Source of the DNA: Leidyana gryllorum EB-2025a | Lineage: Eukaryota; Protista; Apicomplexa | NCBI GenBank assembly: GCA_048772705.1 | Contig: JBLWGC010000033.1 | Coordinates: 186,001 to 250,000 of the forward strand | Direction: 5' to 3' | DNA length: 64,000 bases | Shown here: piece by piece, positions 22,555 to 33,707 of the stretch | Layout: each line of letters opens with the position of its first letter | Numbering within the stretch: the first letter of the stretch is position 1 | Position numbers and translations under genes: made by a program | The notes under the pieces: model-generated | Told to the model about the DNA's origin: nothing | The model's database searches: none | Seen by the model: only the letters and a program-made list of their open reading frames with translations

Positions 22555-22828
22555 TGTTGCAGAGGTTTCCCGGAGTGATACCCATTGCACCGATATCATC
22601 CAGTATGCAAAGCGTTAGTTTGGCCATCGTCAATTGGTCAACAGCAGTGTATTGCTGCCAACCGGTAAGCTATGATGGCGAGAAGGAGTTGCTGCAGAGA
22701 AATGTATGTAGCAAAGGTTTCCCGAAGTAATATCCACATTTACGATATCCTCCAGTATGCAGAGCAGATATTATAGCCAACCACAATTGGCCTTCACACT
22801 GTAAAGTATCGTGTGTGACCGGTAAGCT
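22555..22828. repeat. Diverged direct repeat pair of about 115-120 bp (22555-22671 and 22707-22828)
   Basis: Shared blocks AGGTTTCCCG, CGATATCMTCCAGTATGCA, CAATTGG and ACCGGTAAGCT. Confidence 0.8.
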
Positions 22829-23163
22829 TGGTGGCGAGTGTCTGTTGTGTGTGTGTGTGTGTGTGTGAGTGAGTGACAATCGACGAGGCCGAAATAAATT
22901 TTAGAGCCGCGATTGAGATGTTCTGTCGTAGACGAGGGTGGGTGTGATTGTTTGTGGGGCGGTCGAGGCAGTGAGAGAGGAATGTGACGGTGAAAGAGTG
23001 ATTAGCAAAATCAGAACGAGTGATTGATTGATTGATTAGTGAGACAGAACGTGGCGGATGCGACGGTGGCGCAGAGGAGTGTTGCGTATCTGTTGTATCT
23101 GTAAGAGTTGTTCATAGGAATTGTTTTAAGCCCTCTTGTTGTTTGTGGTTTTCAAGTTCTACA

Positions 23164-24719
23164 ATGAGGGGGTTCACTATGTTTGGTATCATATCTGGCT
23201 TGGTTTTATCTACTGCGAGGAGGATAATGCATCAAGGCCACGAACAGGTGTTCAACTACACCAGCCCTTCCGAAGTTTTTGGTCCAGTAAATAGTACGAT
23301 CAAAGCCCGATCTATCGCACGTCGACGGGCTGCGCGTTTGGCTTCTGGCAATCCCGAGCATTATGCTCGCCGCACTCCAGGGGACTGTAGCTTTCCCTTC
23401 AACGTACTCATCCTGCAAGACGCCACGGGGTCATTCGAACGCTCCTTCTTCGCTGTTATGGGCCAGGCTTTGACCGTCTTGGCCGACGAAGTATTCGTCG
23501 ACCATCCGGGCAGTACATTCTCTATCGTGTCTTATCAGGACAAGCCGATCAATGAGCTTGGAGAAGAGTCAGATCGCTGTTTCTCGGTGAAGCTTCTTTC
23601 CACAGAAGACAGCGGAGTGATGCTCGACAAATACTCCGACATCGAGAACGGCGGTGGCTACGACTGGCCCGAGAATCAATTTGGTGCTCTCGTGGCAACT
23701 CTTGAAAGCCCCCAGTCCCTCCCCTGGATTGATGAGGAGTTGGGAACCCCTCTCATCATTCACATCACCGATGCCGGCCCCCACTATGACGGAGACTCTG
23801 TGCAGACTCTCTACCCACAGCTATCACGGTGGCCGGGATACTTTGATGAAACCCACACTGAAGACTACTGTACCCGATACTACTACCCGAACGTTAGTCC
23901 TCACCTCCCCCCACTTTTCTCTGCCGTCTCCGTCCTCTCCCGGGCTGGGCTCCCCTTATCTTCCAGGTCCCCTCTCTCTTCCCTTTCCCTTATCTTCCAG
24001 GTCCCGTCTCTCTCTTCCTTCTCTCTTCTCTCTCTTCTCCCTCTCCACCTCTCCCCTCTCCACCCCACTTTTCTCTGTCGCTCTCTTCCTTCATGTCTCC
24101 CTGGTTGCTCTGTATCTCAGTCGACTTGTGTGTGTCTCTGCAGGCTTGGGACGTGGCCGACACTGTGATCAAGCACAACGCCTACGTTTCCACACTGATT
24201 TTCAATTCTCATTTGTATGGCGACCTCGCACTGGACGCTTGGACTTGGTTCAACAGTCTGTTGGACCAGGACGACTGTTTTGTGACTGCAGCGGACGATG
24301 ACAGTCTCAGCTGGTTGGCACACTTTGTGGAGGTCATCAACAATATTCGTGGCGAGGAGTGTGGGCCTCTGGGTGGCACGACGACCACCACTGCACCTGC
24401 CTCGGGCGATACAACGTCGATGCCTCCAGTTTCCGGGAGCACGAGTCCCACCGAGGCGGCGGTGACCCCACAAGGCACTCTGGAGACGGCTACTGCGAGC
24501 CTGGAAGGGTCTGGTGCTGGTACTGGTAGCACTCAGGACGCAGGCAGCAGTTCTACAACGACGACGAGCGGTGAGGACGGCAGCACAGAGGATCAGGGAA
24601 CAGTGTCAACTACCGCGTGTGAGTGCCCGTCGGAGGACCCGTGCTGCCAGCAGCAACCCGAGTTCCTTCTGGCTATTCTGCGACGACCGAGCGAATTGGA
24701 CATCCATATGAAAGAATAA
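23164..24719 (+). CDS. Secreted integrin-beta-like vWA protein with propeptide-like region and Ser/Thr stalk (copy 3)
   Basis: Signal peptide; LQDATGS, YQDKP, GYDWPENQ, ITDAGPH, YYP; pyrimidine-rich intron 23893-24143; C-terminal CECPSEDPCC. Confidence 0.88.
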
Positions 24720-25132
24720 GCGTAATCCCAGGATAGACTGCGACTTTAGAAGCGTTGGCTTTGGAGGCGGTGCGCCCAGATGCACTGGACGACGGCGAGA
24801 CTGACTTCTGCAGGTCAAGGATTTGATTATAGATTAGGACACACACACACACACACGATCGATAGGACTCACTGCTGTACTCAGTCTGTTTTGTTGTGCG
24901 AAGCTCATCCGGTCTCTCGACAAAGATCAGCAGCAGATCGGTTTTTGAAGAGAGTCAGGGGACACAGGGCGAGATAGATCCGTTCACTCACTTCCACTTC
25001 CCAATCTGTTTAATCTTGAGGGAGACGGGGGAGGGGGGGGTTCGGGTCGTTCTGTTCTTTTATTTTCACGACTCTCCTGACTTTGAAATCTGCTTTTCTC
25101 TTTCTCTACTTGAATTGTACTCTTCGGACGTG

Positions 25133-26629
25133 ATGCAGCTTTTGAGTTTGTATTTGGTTGGGTGCGTTGCTGTTGTTGAGGGCATCCGCATTCAGAACCA
25201 TGTGGTGACCCGTATGCCTACTCTTGCCCTGCCTGATGTGTTTGGGCCCGTTACCACCGAGATGTTTGAGCGAGCTCGTCATCGACGAAGCCAGGCTGCC
25301 AAAAAAGCCCATTTGACGCCCGGAAAGGGCGCTCGGGCAGGGAACGCGTGTGACATGTGTGTAAACCTGGTGCTCCACCAAGACACTACTCTTGACTGGA
25401 CTCCAGAATTCCGAGCCCAGATTGGTGGACAGTTTCAGCATATCCTCCAAGACCTCAGTGACAACCATCCCGGATCCACTTTTTCTGTAGTTACCTTTCA
25501 AGACAAGCCCATTCCCGAGCTTGGGGAATTGACCGACTACTGCGTCTCCTACGATGCTCGTATGCTATCAGACCCCGTCGCGATGCTTGAGACATACGCA
25601 TCCACACCCGAAGGTGTTGGCTACGACTGGCCCGAGAATCAGTTCAGCAGTTTGTACGAGTTGATAAACTCGCCCTCTTACCTCCCGTGGTCTGATCACA
25701 GCGAGTGTTCTAACCTCGTCATCACCATCACAGACTCGTCTCCTCACTTTGAGGGAGACGAGTGGCAGATCGACTATCCCAATCTGTCCCAATACACCGC
25801 CGACTACGATGAAACTCAAGCCGACAAGTTTTGCAACCAAAAGTACTATCCCACGGTAAGCAGGCGATAGTGTTGGTGAACTAACTCATTTGCCCTCCCC
25901 CTCTTCAGCCTCACCTGGTGGCCGACGCACTATTGGACATGAACATTCATCATGGCACCATAGTGTGGCGCGCTGGTGACATCAACACGTTAGCTCTGCG
26001 AGGGTGGGCTTGGTTCGACTCGTTGGTGGGCGAGGAAGATGCCTTTACACAAGCCCTGTTTGATGACGATGAGGATTGGATGACTCCCCTCGAGAACATC
26101 CTGAGGGCATTCGTCGGCGAGGAGTGCGGCGCCAATAGCTCCACTACACGGCCTCCGGTAAGACAGAAGGCGGTCAATATGTGTCAAAATTCACACACCC
26201 CAACAGACGACCACTGCGCCCGCCACAGACGGCACTATTGACGGTGCCGGGACCGAAGAGATCCTCTCGACTGAAGGAGATGAGAGCACGCGAGCCTCCT
26301 CAACATCACCAGCAGCAGCAGACAGTACTGAAAGCCGCACTGATGCCACCACCACTAGCCTACCGTTGGTGACAAGTGGCGAGCCGACCCCATCGACCGA
26401 GGAGGGAGCAGAAGTCTCCAGTACTCCCTCCCCAACCACCAGCGCTGAATCGGCCACTTCGGTAGAAGTGTCCGATATGGGCAGCTCGGGGTCTGTCGTC
26501 GGCGGCGGGCCCAGCTCAACGGGGATCTGTTACTGTCCGTCGGAGGATCCGTGTTGTATGGTACAGCCTGAGTTGTACCTGATGATCAAGAAGAAACCCT
26601 CGGAGTTTGATATGCACATGAAGGCATAA
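25133..26629 (+). CDS. Secreted integrin-beta-like vWA protein (copy 4, degenerate MIDAS)
   Basis: Signal peptide MQLLSLYLVGCVAVVEG; HQDTTLD, FQDKP, GYDWPENQ, ITDSSPH; introns 25856-25908 and 26158-26206; CYCPSEDPCC. Confidence 0.88.
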
Positions 26630-26724
26630 TCAATGCAAAGAATCGGTCTCTCACCCCCACTTTGAAGGGGGTGCGAGCCAAGTTTGTTGTTGTTGTGTGT
26701 TTAAGTATTTTGAGCGTCTTTCTC

Positions 26725-29700
26725 TCAGGCCGGTACGCTTTCTGTGACTGCAAGTAGCAGGTTAGTAGCTGTAAAGTGACATTTCCGAGAAAAAGCACCA
26801 TTAAAGTCATATTCAAGTAGGCAGCCACGCTTTCGGGCGTCTTTGAGAGAGTTTATGACCTCCGCATTCTGGTCATAGACACATAGATCGGCAGCCGCAA
26901 TGCTCGGCTCTTCAATTCCACGACCCGCCCGTGATGCTGACAAGAAGATGGGGAGAGAGACACTGAAACTACTCACCTGTACCACATAGATCCCACAGCT
27001 GAAGCATCCCATTGGCAGTCGTACAAGCCAATAGTTCACTGCCGTGTGCCGGCGCCAAACTAGTCGCCATATCATCCTTTCCCCCCACTGTGATTGTATT
27101 CATCATCTTTCCTGCCACCAAGTCCCAGATCTGGACCACTGGCGACATGCTGCCGGAGAGGGCCAGATACCTTCCATTGGGTGCAAACTCAATCAATCGG
27201 GGGCACTGGATGCCGTTGATCAACCCCACAATGTCAGGAACCCGTGGATCCCATAGTCTGATACGATCATCGCTCGCTCCGGTGGCCATCAGTATGGAAT
27301 TCTGGTGAATCCTAACAACCTCGACTTGACCGCCGTGACGAGTGAAGATCCGAATTGGGTTGACTCGATCCATCGACCACACACATGCTGCTCGATCTAC
27401 GTGACCCGTGAGGAACTCGTAGCCATAAGTATCGACATCCAGCGAGAGAATCGCTGAACCACCTGCAGAGAGAGCGATCATAGAGAGAGAAAGAGAAGGA
27501 GAGAAGTGGATATATAACATTGGGCCCGGCCGCGGCCGCCGCCGCTCGGGCAAACTTAAACTCACTTCGATAGGAATGCAGACAATACGAATTATTGATA
27601 TCCCATAAGCACATCCGTCCATCGTAGGAGGTCGATACGCCCATTTGCACATTGCCGCCGCTGAGGAAAGGGCTGAGAAACTCGAATCCCGTGACGGGGA
27701 GTTCGTGTTCCGCCAAACACTTGGGTTTATAGGGTTGCTGGGCGAGCATGGGCTCTTCTAACCGTTCCAAGAACCCTTCGAGATCTTCAGGATTATTTGG
27801 CGCAATCTCAGCGAAGGCCTGATCAATTTTCGGACCCGATATACAGATCTTATGTCCTCCCATATTGACAGTGACTCCGGAGGACTCGAGTTGATTACTC
27901 TCTTCCTGGCGTGTGGCTTCCGGATCGCTGGCGCGCTGCTGGGCGTGTAATAAGAGCCAGGGATTGAAAACAGCTCTTTTGTACAGATCTGTACACCGCG
28001 ACCACTGGGCCTCCTGCAGATCGAATATCCAAACTGACCGACTGTTCCGATCCGAGACTCCGATGAGACGGCCGTACTCCTTCTCCAACGAGATCACGTC
28101 GCAGTCAGCAGGTGGACCCTTTCCAATGCCGGGCCACGTCGTGACTGTGTTTATATTGAGGGAGACTATACTGGGCAACTTGGTCAGATTTATGTCATCG
28201 CGACCCAACAGCGCTTCATAGCTACGATTCTTCGCCATACGATGTCTCCATTCAAGCGCGGGATGGTTCCCGACGGGCAGTCGATATAACTGCAACAATT
28301 CTTTCTGCAGCACTTTGGCTGTGGGTTCGGCTTTAGGAATGCGATCGTCTCCGGCTTCGTCGAAGGGGTCAGGAGGCAGGCCGCACAGCGCCACCAGAGA
28401 TGGCGTTACGATGGCTCCACCAACGTCGCGCATTTGGGGCCCTTTCCAGTGGTAAGACGTCAGTGTCGCTACAATGCCCGCCGTTTGCGCGCTGCCTCCA
28501 TACCCGTCATTCGGCATCTCAAATGACAGTCGCTTCTGCAGGATGTCCAAAATAACTGTCTCATTATCCAATGTCAGACGAGTTGTCAATAGTTTACGGG
28601 TCAATAAGTCAACCTGCGAGGTGATGATCAAAGTGTGACGCGCCGCCAACTCACCTTGATGTGAAAACGCTCTCCACGGAGAACCCGCAGCACAAAAGGA
28701 CAGTCCTTCAGCACTGCTAAGCTCTTCACTCGCCGCATCTCGAGGATCTGTGGAGAGAAAGAGAGAGAGAATTGGTCAAACAAAGAGTAAGAGAGTGAAA
28801 GAGTGAGCTCACCTCGTCATGATGTGTGGGATAATGTCCTTCGCCAAATTTGCGTAAGAACTGTTCCGCTCGGCTGAGAGACACCGAAATCAGACGGATC
28901 CAGAGCTCAACAAAGACAACGAATGCAATCTCTCTCATTGCGTGACGCACACTATCCACGGCTTGGAGAGTCCAGTTCCAAAAGTTGCCGTAGATGGCGG
29001 CGAAGTTCCTATAGCAGGCGAGAGGGTTCTCCTTTGCGTTCAATCGTCGAACCGCGGCCACTAACTGTGGTCCCACAGTACCTCGTGCAGACGTGACAAC
29101 ATTGTCACTGTGTCCTAAGCTTCCCCGATTGCAGTCTTCTTCAATGAGATTGGCCATGGCGTTATATCCAGTTTTCTTGAGCACTCTTAATGCATTCTGC
29201 AAATCCATGGACAGATTGTTGCTGTTGTTGGTGGTGTTAGTATTGTTGTTGGTGCTGCCGGTGCTGCTGTTGTTGGTGTTGGAAGGGGGAGCGATGGTGT
29301 TCGGAGGGGGCACCGAATCAACTTTGACAGGTGGCGGGCGTTGGTGGATTTGCCAGGGGGACGCCGTATGCGGGTACTGTTGTGGCGTGGATTGAGACGC
29401 TGGGCTTTCGGAGGGAGGAGGCTGTTGTTGTGGGTTTTGACTTGGAGGAGCAGCTTGTTGTTGTTGTGTGGGCCAAGTACTCCATACATCGTGAGCGGCC
29501 GGTTGCGCGTCCGACACGGGGGGCTGGGACTGAGCCGCAGCCTGCGGATTATTCTGACTTGAGGAGGCATTCTCAGTGCTCGCAGCTTGGCTGGCTGGCT
29601 GCTGGGAATATCCAACTTGACCAACCGCCCAAAAGTCATTGGGGTTGCTTGGTGCAGGTGGCCTGGTGACGGGGGACGGGTTGCCTGGGGCTTGAGCATT

Positions 29701-30126
29701 TGGCGGCTGACGAGTGGCGGTTTGCGGATAGACGTGTGGGTATTGGGCGGCCACTGGGAGTCCAGTTCGAGGGTCATACGCTTGGGCTTTGGGCTGTGGC
29801 TGTTGAGTAGGCCTTGGGGGCATGAAGCGCATATTTGGGTGCTGGCGTAGCCCAGGCGAGTGCTTGCTCGGGTCTCCAGGCGGTGATTGTTGCGGGGCAA
29901 CCTGTATGAACTGAGAGTCCCTCCGATATTGCGGAGGGGGATATTGATTCGAGCCCGGCGGCGGCTGCATTGGATAAAATGCAGACGGCGATGATTGCAC
30001 TGGCGGCGGCAACCGCCCGAACTGCTGCTGCACATTCCCTTGAGCTACATATTGGCCCGACTTGGAGCCCTCTGGAGGCGGTTGAGATGTATCAGGGACC
30101 TCCTGCCCCAGACTGTTTTTATTCAT
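26725..30126 (-). CDS. TAF5: TFIID subunit TAF5-like (Q/P-rich N-terminus, LisH, NTD2, WD40), multi-exon
   Basis: LisH-like NALRVLKKTGYNAMANLIEED; NTD2-like YGNFWNW...IAFVVFVELWIRL...AEQFLRKF; WD40 RIFTRH...IHQNSILMATGASDDRIRLWD; several GT-AG introns, e.g. 27463-27566. Confidence 0.82.
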
Positions 30127-30750
30127 CCACACTAGTTTTCAGCCAAACACCCCCTCTACTGTGATGACGCAGAGGTTCAACAGTATCAATGGAACTGCAT
30201 CAAACCTTTAGTAACTCCCACAACGCTCAGTCCTCACCCTTCAAGTAGTTGCGCAAAGCGTACAGAGCCAGGGACACTTGAAATCGCAGCCCCTCCCCAT
30301 ACGCTGGCTTGTCCAAGTTGTCTGCAGTCAATCAATGTTGAAAATGGCGACCACTTAGAACCAGTTAGGACGGACACACAGACACACACAAGGCGGCGAT
30401 TAATCACTAACACACAACCACACGGGGGCCGACGAACGGTAGACAGACAGCGGCAGGCAGGGCAGCGGGACCGGGAAGACCAGTTCGACCGACCGACCCT
30501 CTTGGCTACAACGAGTCTCTCGCGGGGGCGGATTCGGGCGGCCCTCTTCTTCCACTCTCACTCTCTCTCTCACTCTCACTCTCTCAGGCTTCATCACACA
30601 TCGAGTCAAGGAAGTGCTTACATTTAGCCAGAACTCGGCGGTCGTTGAGAATGGCAAGTGCGTTGGCCAGGAGCACTGAGGCTTCTAGCAGGCTCCAAAG
30701 TGAGATGCCCATTGTTTTTTGCTCTGTTTCTCGAGCGACGGCTAACTAGT

Positions 30751-31722
30751 CTACTTAGCAGCTTCACCACCAGTTGACCCAGCGGCAGCAGCCCGCTGGG
30801 CCTCAATGGCCTCTGCTTTCCGGTGCAGCTGCAATTTCCAGGCCCGAACTTCGGCGGCGAATTCCCTCCAACTGGTGCCAGCAATACGAGGGGTCTGGGG
30901 ATCAGTGGGTTTGCGTTCGCTCGGAGGCACAGCCTCTATGTACAGTAGGTACTCAGGGGTTGCCTTGCACCTTGCGATTTGCTTGAACCTTCCTTCACTC
31001 GGTGGTGGTCGAACTTTCGGTACTGGACAACGAGGGGACGGGGGCGGAGGGGGAGGAGGAGGTGGAGGGGGCGGAGGAGCGAAGTGGGAAGGATGCATTA
31101 CGGGGCCGGTACCGCCAATTAAATGGCAGGCGAGGCCATTAGTGAGACGGTCAGTCAGAGTCTGGGCATCTGCCATGGCCAGGGTGATCAAGTAGCTGCG
31201 CCAAACGCGCAAGCTGAGGCCGTTGATCTGGATGAGGTCTTCGATGGAGGCTTGCCACTCCGAGGCCGACCACTGGGAGGGCGTGGCTGTCCATTGATGG
31301 TAGTAGTTTGTGTATGGCAATTGCTGTGTCGTTGGGTATTGCTGTTGAGGAGGCGGGGGTGAGGGGGGTTTCAGTGCGGCAGCCATTGCTGCCTCCACAG
31401 CCTCAGTCTGCCGATCGTTTACATTGAGGTCCCCATTCTGGAAAGTCTTTTGCAAGGCATCGAGCGTAGTCGCAAGGAGTGCTAGGTCGTATGAAGAAAT
31501 AGATTCGTTCGCAGCGGACTGAGGAAGCTTGGCCTCAGGTTGTCTAAACGCCTGGGGGGGGGCCGATATGGTGTTATCCAACCTCAATAATTCTCCGGCC
31601 ACATTGGCTGGGGCGCTGTTTTCGGACCTCTTCTTGCGGCGCAGTAAGGTAGTCACATCTAGTGCTGATGACTGATTGTCAAGGCTCGCGAGCCCACTCT
31701 CAATATCCGTCATCTTAGTCAT
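30751..31722 (-). CDS. SLBP: Histone stem-loop binding protein (SLBP RNA-binding domain)
   Basis: RFKQIARCKATPEYLLYIEAVPPSERKPTDPQTP...SWREFAAEVRAWKLQLH matches the SLBP pattern RxKQIxxxKxTxxYxxY...PxTP...SxRxW/F...WKxxLH. First ATG at 31722. Confidence 0.82.
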   Translation of the reverse strand: MTKMTDIESGLASLDNQSSALDVTTLLRRKKRSENSAPANVAGELLRLDNTISAPPQAFRQPEAKLPQSAANESISSYDLALLATTLDALQKTFQNGDLNVNDRQTEAVEAAMAAALKPPSPPPPQQQYPTTQQLPYTNYYHQWTATPSQWSASEWQASIEDLIQINGLSLRVWRSYLITLAMADAQTLTDRLTNGLACHLIGGTGPVMHPSHFAPPPPPPPPPPPPPSPRCPVPKVRPPPSEGRFKQIARCKATPEYLLYIEAVPPSERKPTDPQTPRIAGTSWREFAAEVRAWKLQLHRKAEAIEAQRAAAAGSTGGEAAK

Positions 31723-33202
31723 CAGCACAATTTTTCTTTCTTCCGGCCAGACGTGCTAGACCCAAGCTTCCTTTTGGCGCGACGCTCCAACCTTTCGGCG
31801 AACGAGCTCTCGGACAGGGTTACTCTGGCGGCCGCCTCTGCTTTCGCGATTGCTTGTGTGCGCGCGCGTGTCTCCGCGTGATCTATGCCTCCTAACTCCT
31901 CCACCTTCCACCCTAGTTTCCCCTCAATCGCCGTCATCTGCAGCAAAGACTATCTGTCGGTCTATCAAACTCTCTCCTCACCCGTTGAAAAGCTATGTCT
32001 TTCTCCACATCCCCCCGAACTAACTCAGGAGTTACCATAGTCAGCGCGATTCCGGGCCGTCCAGCACGCGCACACCGACCTACGCGGTGGCAATAGTCTT
32101 CATAGAACTTTGGGACATTCATGTTGATCACGAACTCCACTGTAGGCAGATCGAGTCCCCTCGAAGCAACATCGGTGGCCACCAAGATCCTGGCGGTCCC
32201 TTGTTTGAACTTGCCCAGACTGGCCACGCGGACCCGCGGCTCCTGCAGACTGTTCAGGCACACAACAGCAAACTTGAGATTCAAGAGGGTTTCTCTCAGA
32301 AGCTCGCAGTCTTCGATCGTCCGGACGAATATGATGCCTCTATTAGCGCCCGAGAACCGGGGCATTTTATTCAGAATGTACTCCAAGAAATGAAGACGCG
32401 CAATCTTTGGGACAATGAGCATCGTATGCTTCAGCTCCTTGACTTGCTGTCCCTCGGCCACTATGTCATGGACGATCAGAGGCGTGTTGTCCCGTTTGAA
32501 CATCTCAATCACCCGCTCCTTCATGTCCCCCAAGGTAGCGGTGAACAACAAGGTTTGTCTTAATGGGCCCAAAGCGTTGAGTACCTGAGGTGGAAAGAGG
32601 ATTTAAAATGATTAGAAGAGAGGCAGAAGAGGGAGAGGGAGCATTAGGGCCTCTCAATGTCTAAAATTAAGACTTACATCTTGTACTTCCTCGTCCATCG
32701 GCGATTGGACCAGACGATCTACTTCGTCAAAGACACCAAATTTGACGCGGGCGAAGCGTCTTCGGACGTCCGGATCCTCAACCATCTCTCTTAATCTCCC
32801 CGGAGTTCCAATGACGATGTGAGTTCCATCGAGAATCTCACTCTTCTGCTTGGTGGCGTTGGCGCCACCACATATAAGGGATGCTCGAATTCCCACTCGC
32901 TCGCCAAACAATATGAATTGGTCCATAACCTGCGCCGCCAGTTCACGAGTCGGACTGAGAATGACAGCGAGGCACATTTGGGGTTTATTCTTGTACCAAT
33001 TCAGAATCGGCAGCATATAACATGCCGTTTTACCCGTGCCGGTCGGTGCGACTCCCAGCACGTCTGAGCGGGTATTAACTCCATTAACCACATCGCCTTC
33101 CAGGATGTCTGGTATACACAGCGACTGAATGGGGGTGGGTTGAGTGACTTTGCATTTATGGCAGTGCTCTACCAGCCAGTCATCCAGCTTCAGGCCGTCC
33201 AT
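31722..33202 (-). CDS. DEAD-box RNA helicase, DDX49/DBP8-like, 3 exons
   Basis: PTPIQ, APTGTGKT, PTRELA, GTPGR, DEVD, FTAT, VASRGLD, HRVGRCAR; two introns near 32587-32675 and 31938-32020. Confidence 0.9.
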
Positions 33203-33232
33203 ATCGGTTTCAAACTTTGCTAAAAAAAGTAT

Positions 33233-33466
33233 TCAACAGCAGCAATTCGGCATCTTCTTCTGCTTGGCAAAAGGTCGTGGTGGCTCCTGAGGGTTCTCGG
33301 CACCCTGCTGACAAAGCTCCTGTTGTTGCTTGTTGATCTCCCACAGATAACCTCCAACAGGAAATACTGTTCTCTGGATGGGTACATCAGGATCGTTTAA
33401 CCATTGCTCCTGGATGGAGCGTTTCGGGACATAATTCAAAGTGGCACAGTCTTGATAGGGATGCAT
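33233..33466 (-). CDS. Small 77-aa protein with a polybasic-CCC C-terminus
   Basis: ATG-initiated ORF filling the gap; ends KQKKMPNCCC-stop. Confidence 0.6.
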   Translation of the reverse strand: MHPYQDCATLNYVPKRSIQEQWLNDPDVPIQRTVFPVGGYLWEINKQQQELCQQGAENPQEPPRPFAKQKKMPNCCC

Positions 33467-33707
33467 TGTGACCTTAGAGCGTGCACATGCAACCGTGCCA
33501 CGAATAGATTACTGAGTGCACTTGGTGTGTCTGCGTGCGAAGGGAGACGCGTAACTAAATCCCAATGCACATTTCGCCCTCAAAGCTAAATTCAACGCTT
33601 GCCGAGGAACGTCGGACTTTGACTCCCGCTCCACTGGCAGCGGAACAGTATGCGGTGGCAAGTAAACGCATGTGACCTGATTTATCGTGTTGTATGGTGT
33701 GTGAAGT

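Noticed and set aside
16604-22828. Trio island as a transposon or provirus
   Set aside because: No transposase, integrase, RT, capsid, terminal inverted repeat or target-site duplication was recognised; kept only as an unknown family.
23893-24143. Leu/Ser-rich hydrophobic C-terminus of ORF 23032-24168 as a TM anchor
   Set aside because: It is translation of a CT-rich intron at the same position as the intron in vWA copy 4.
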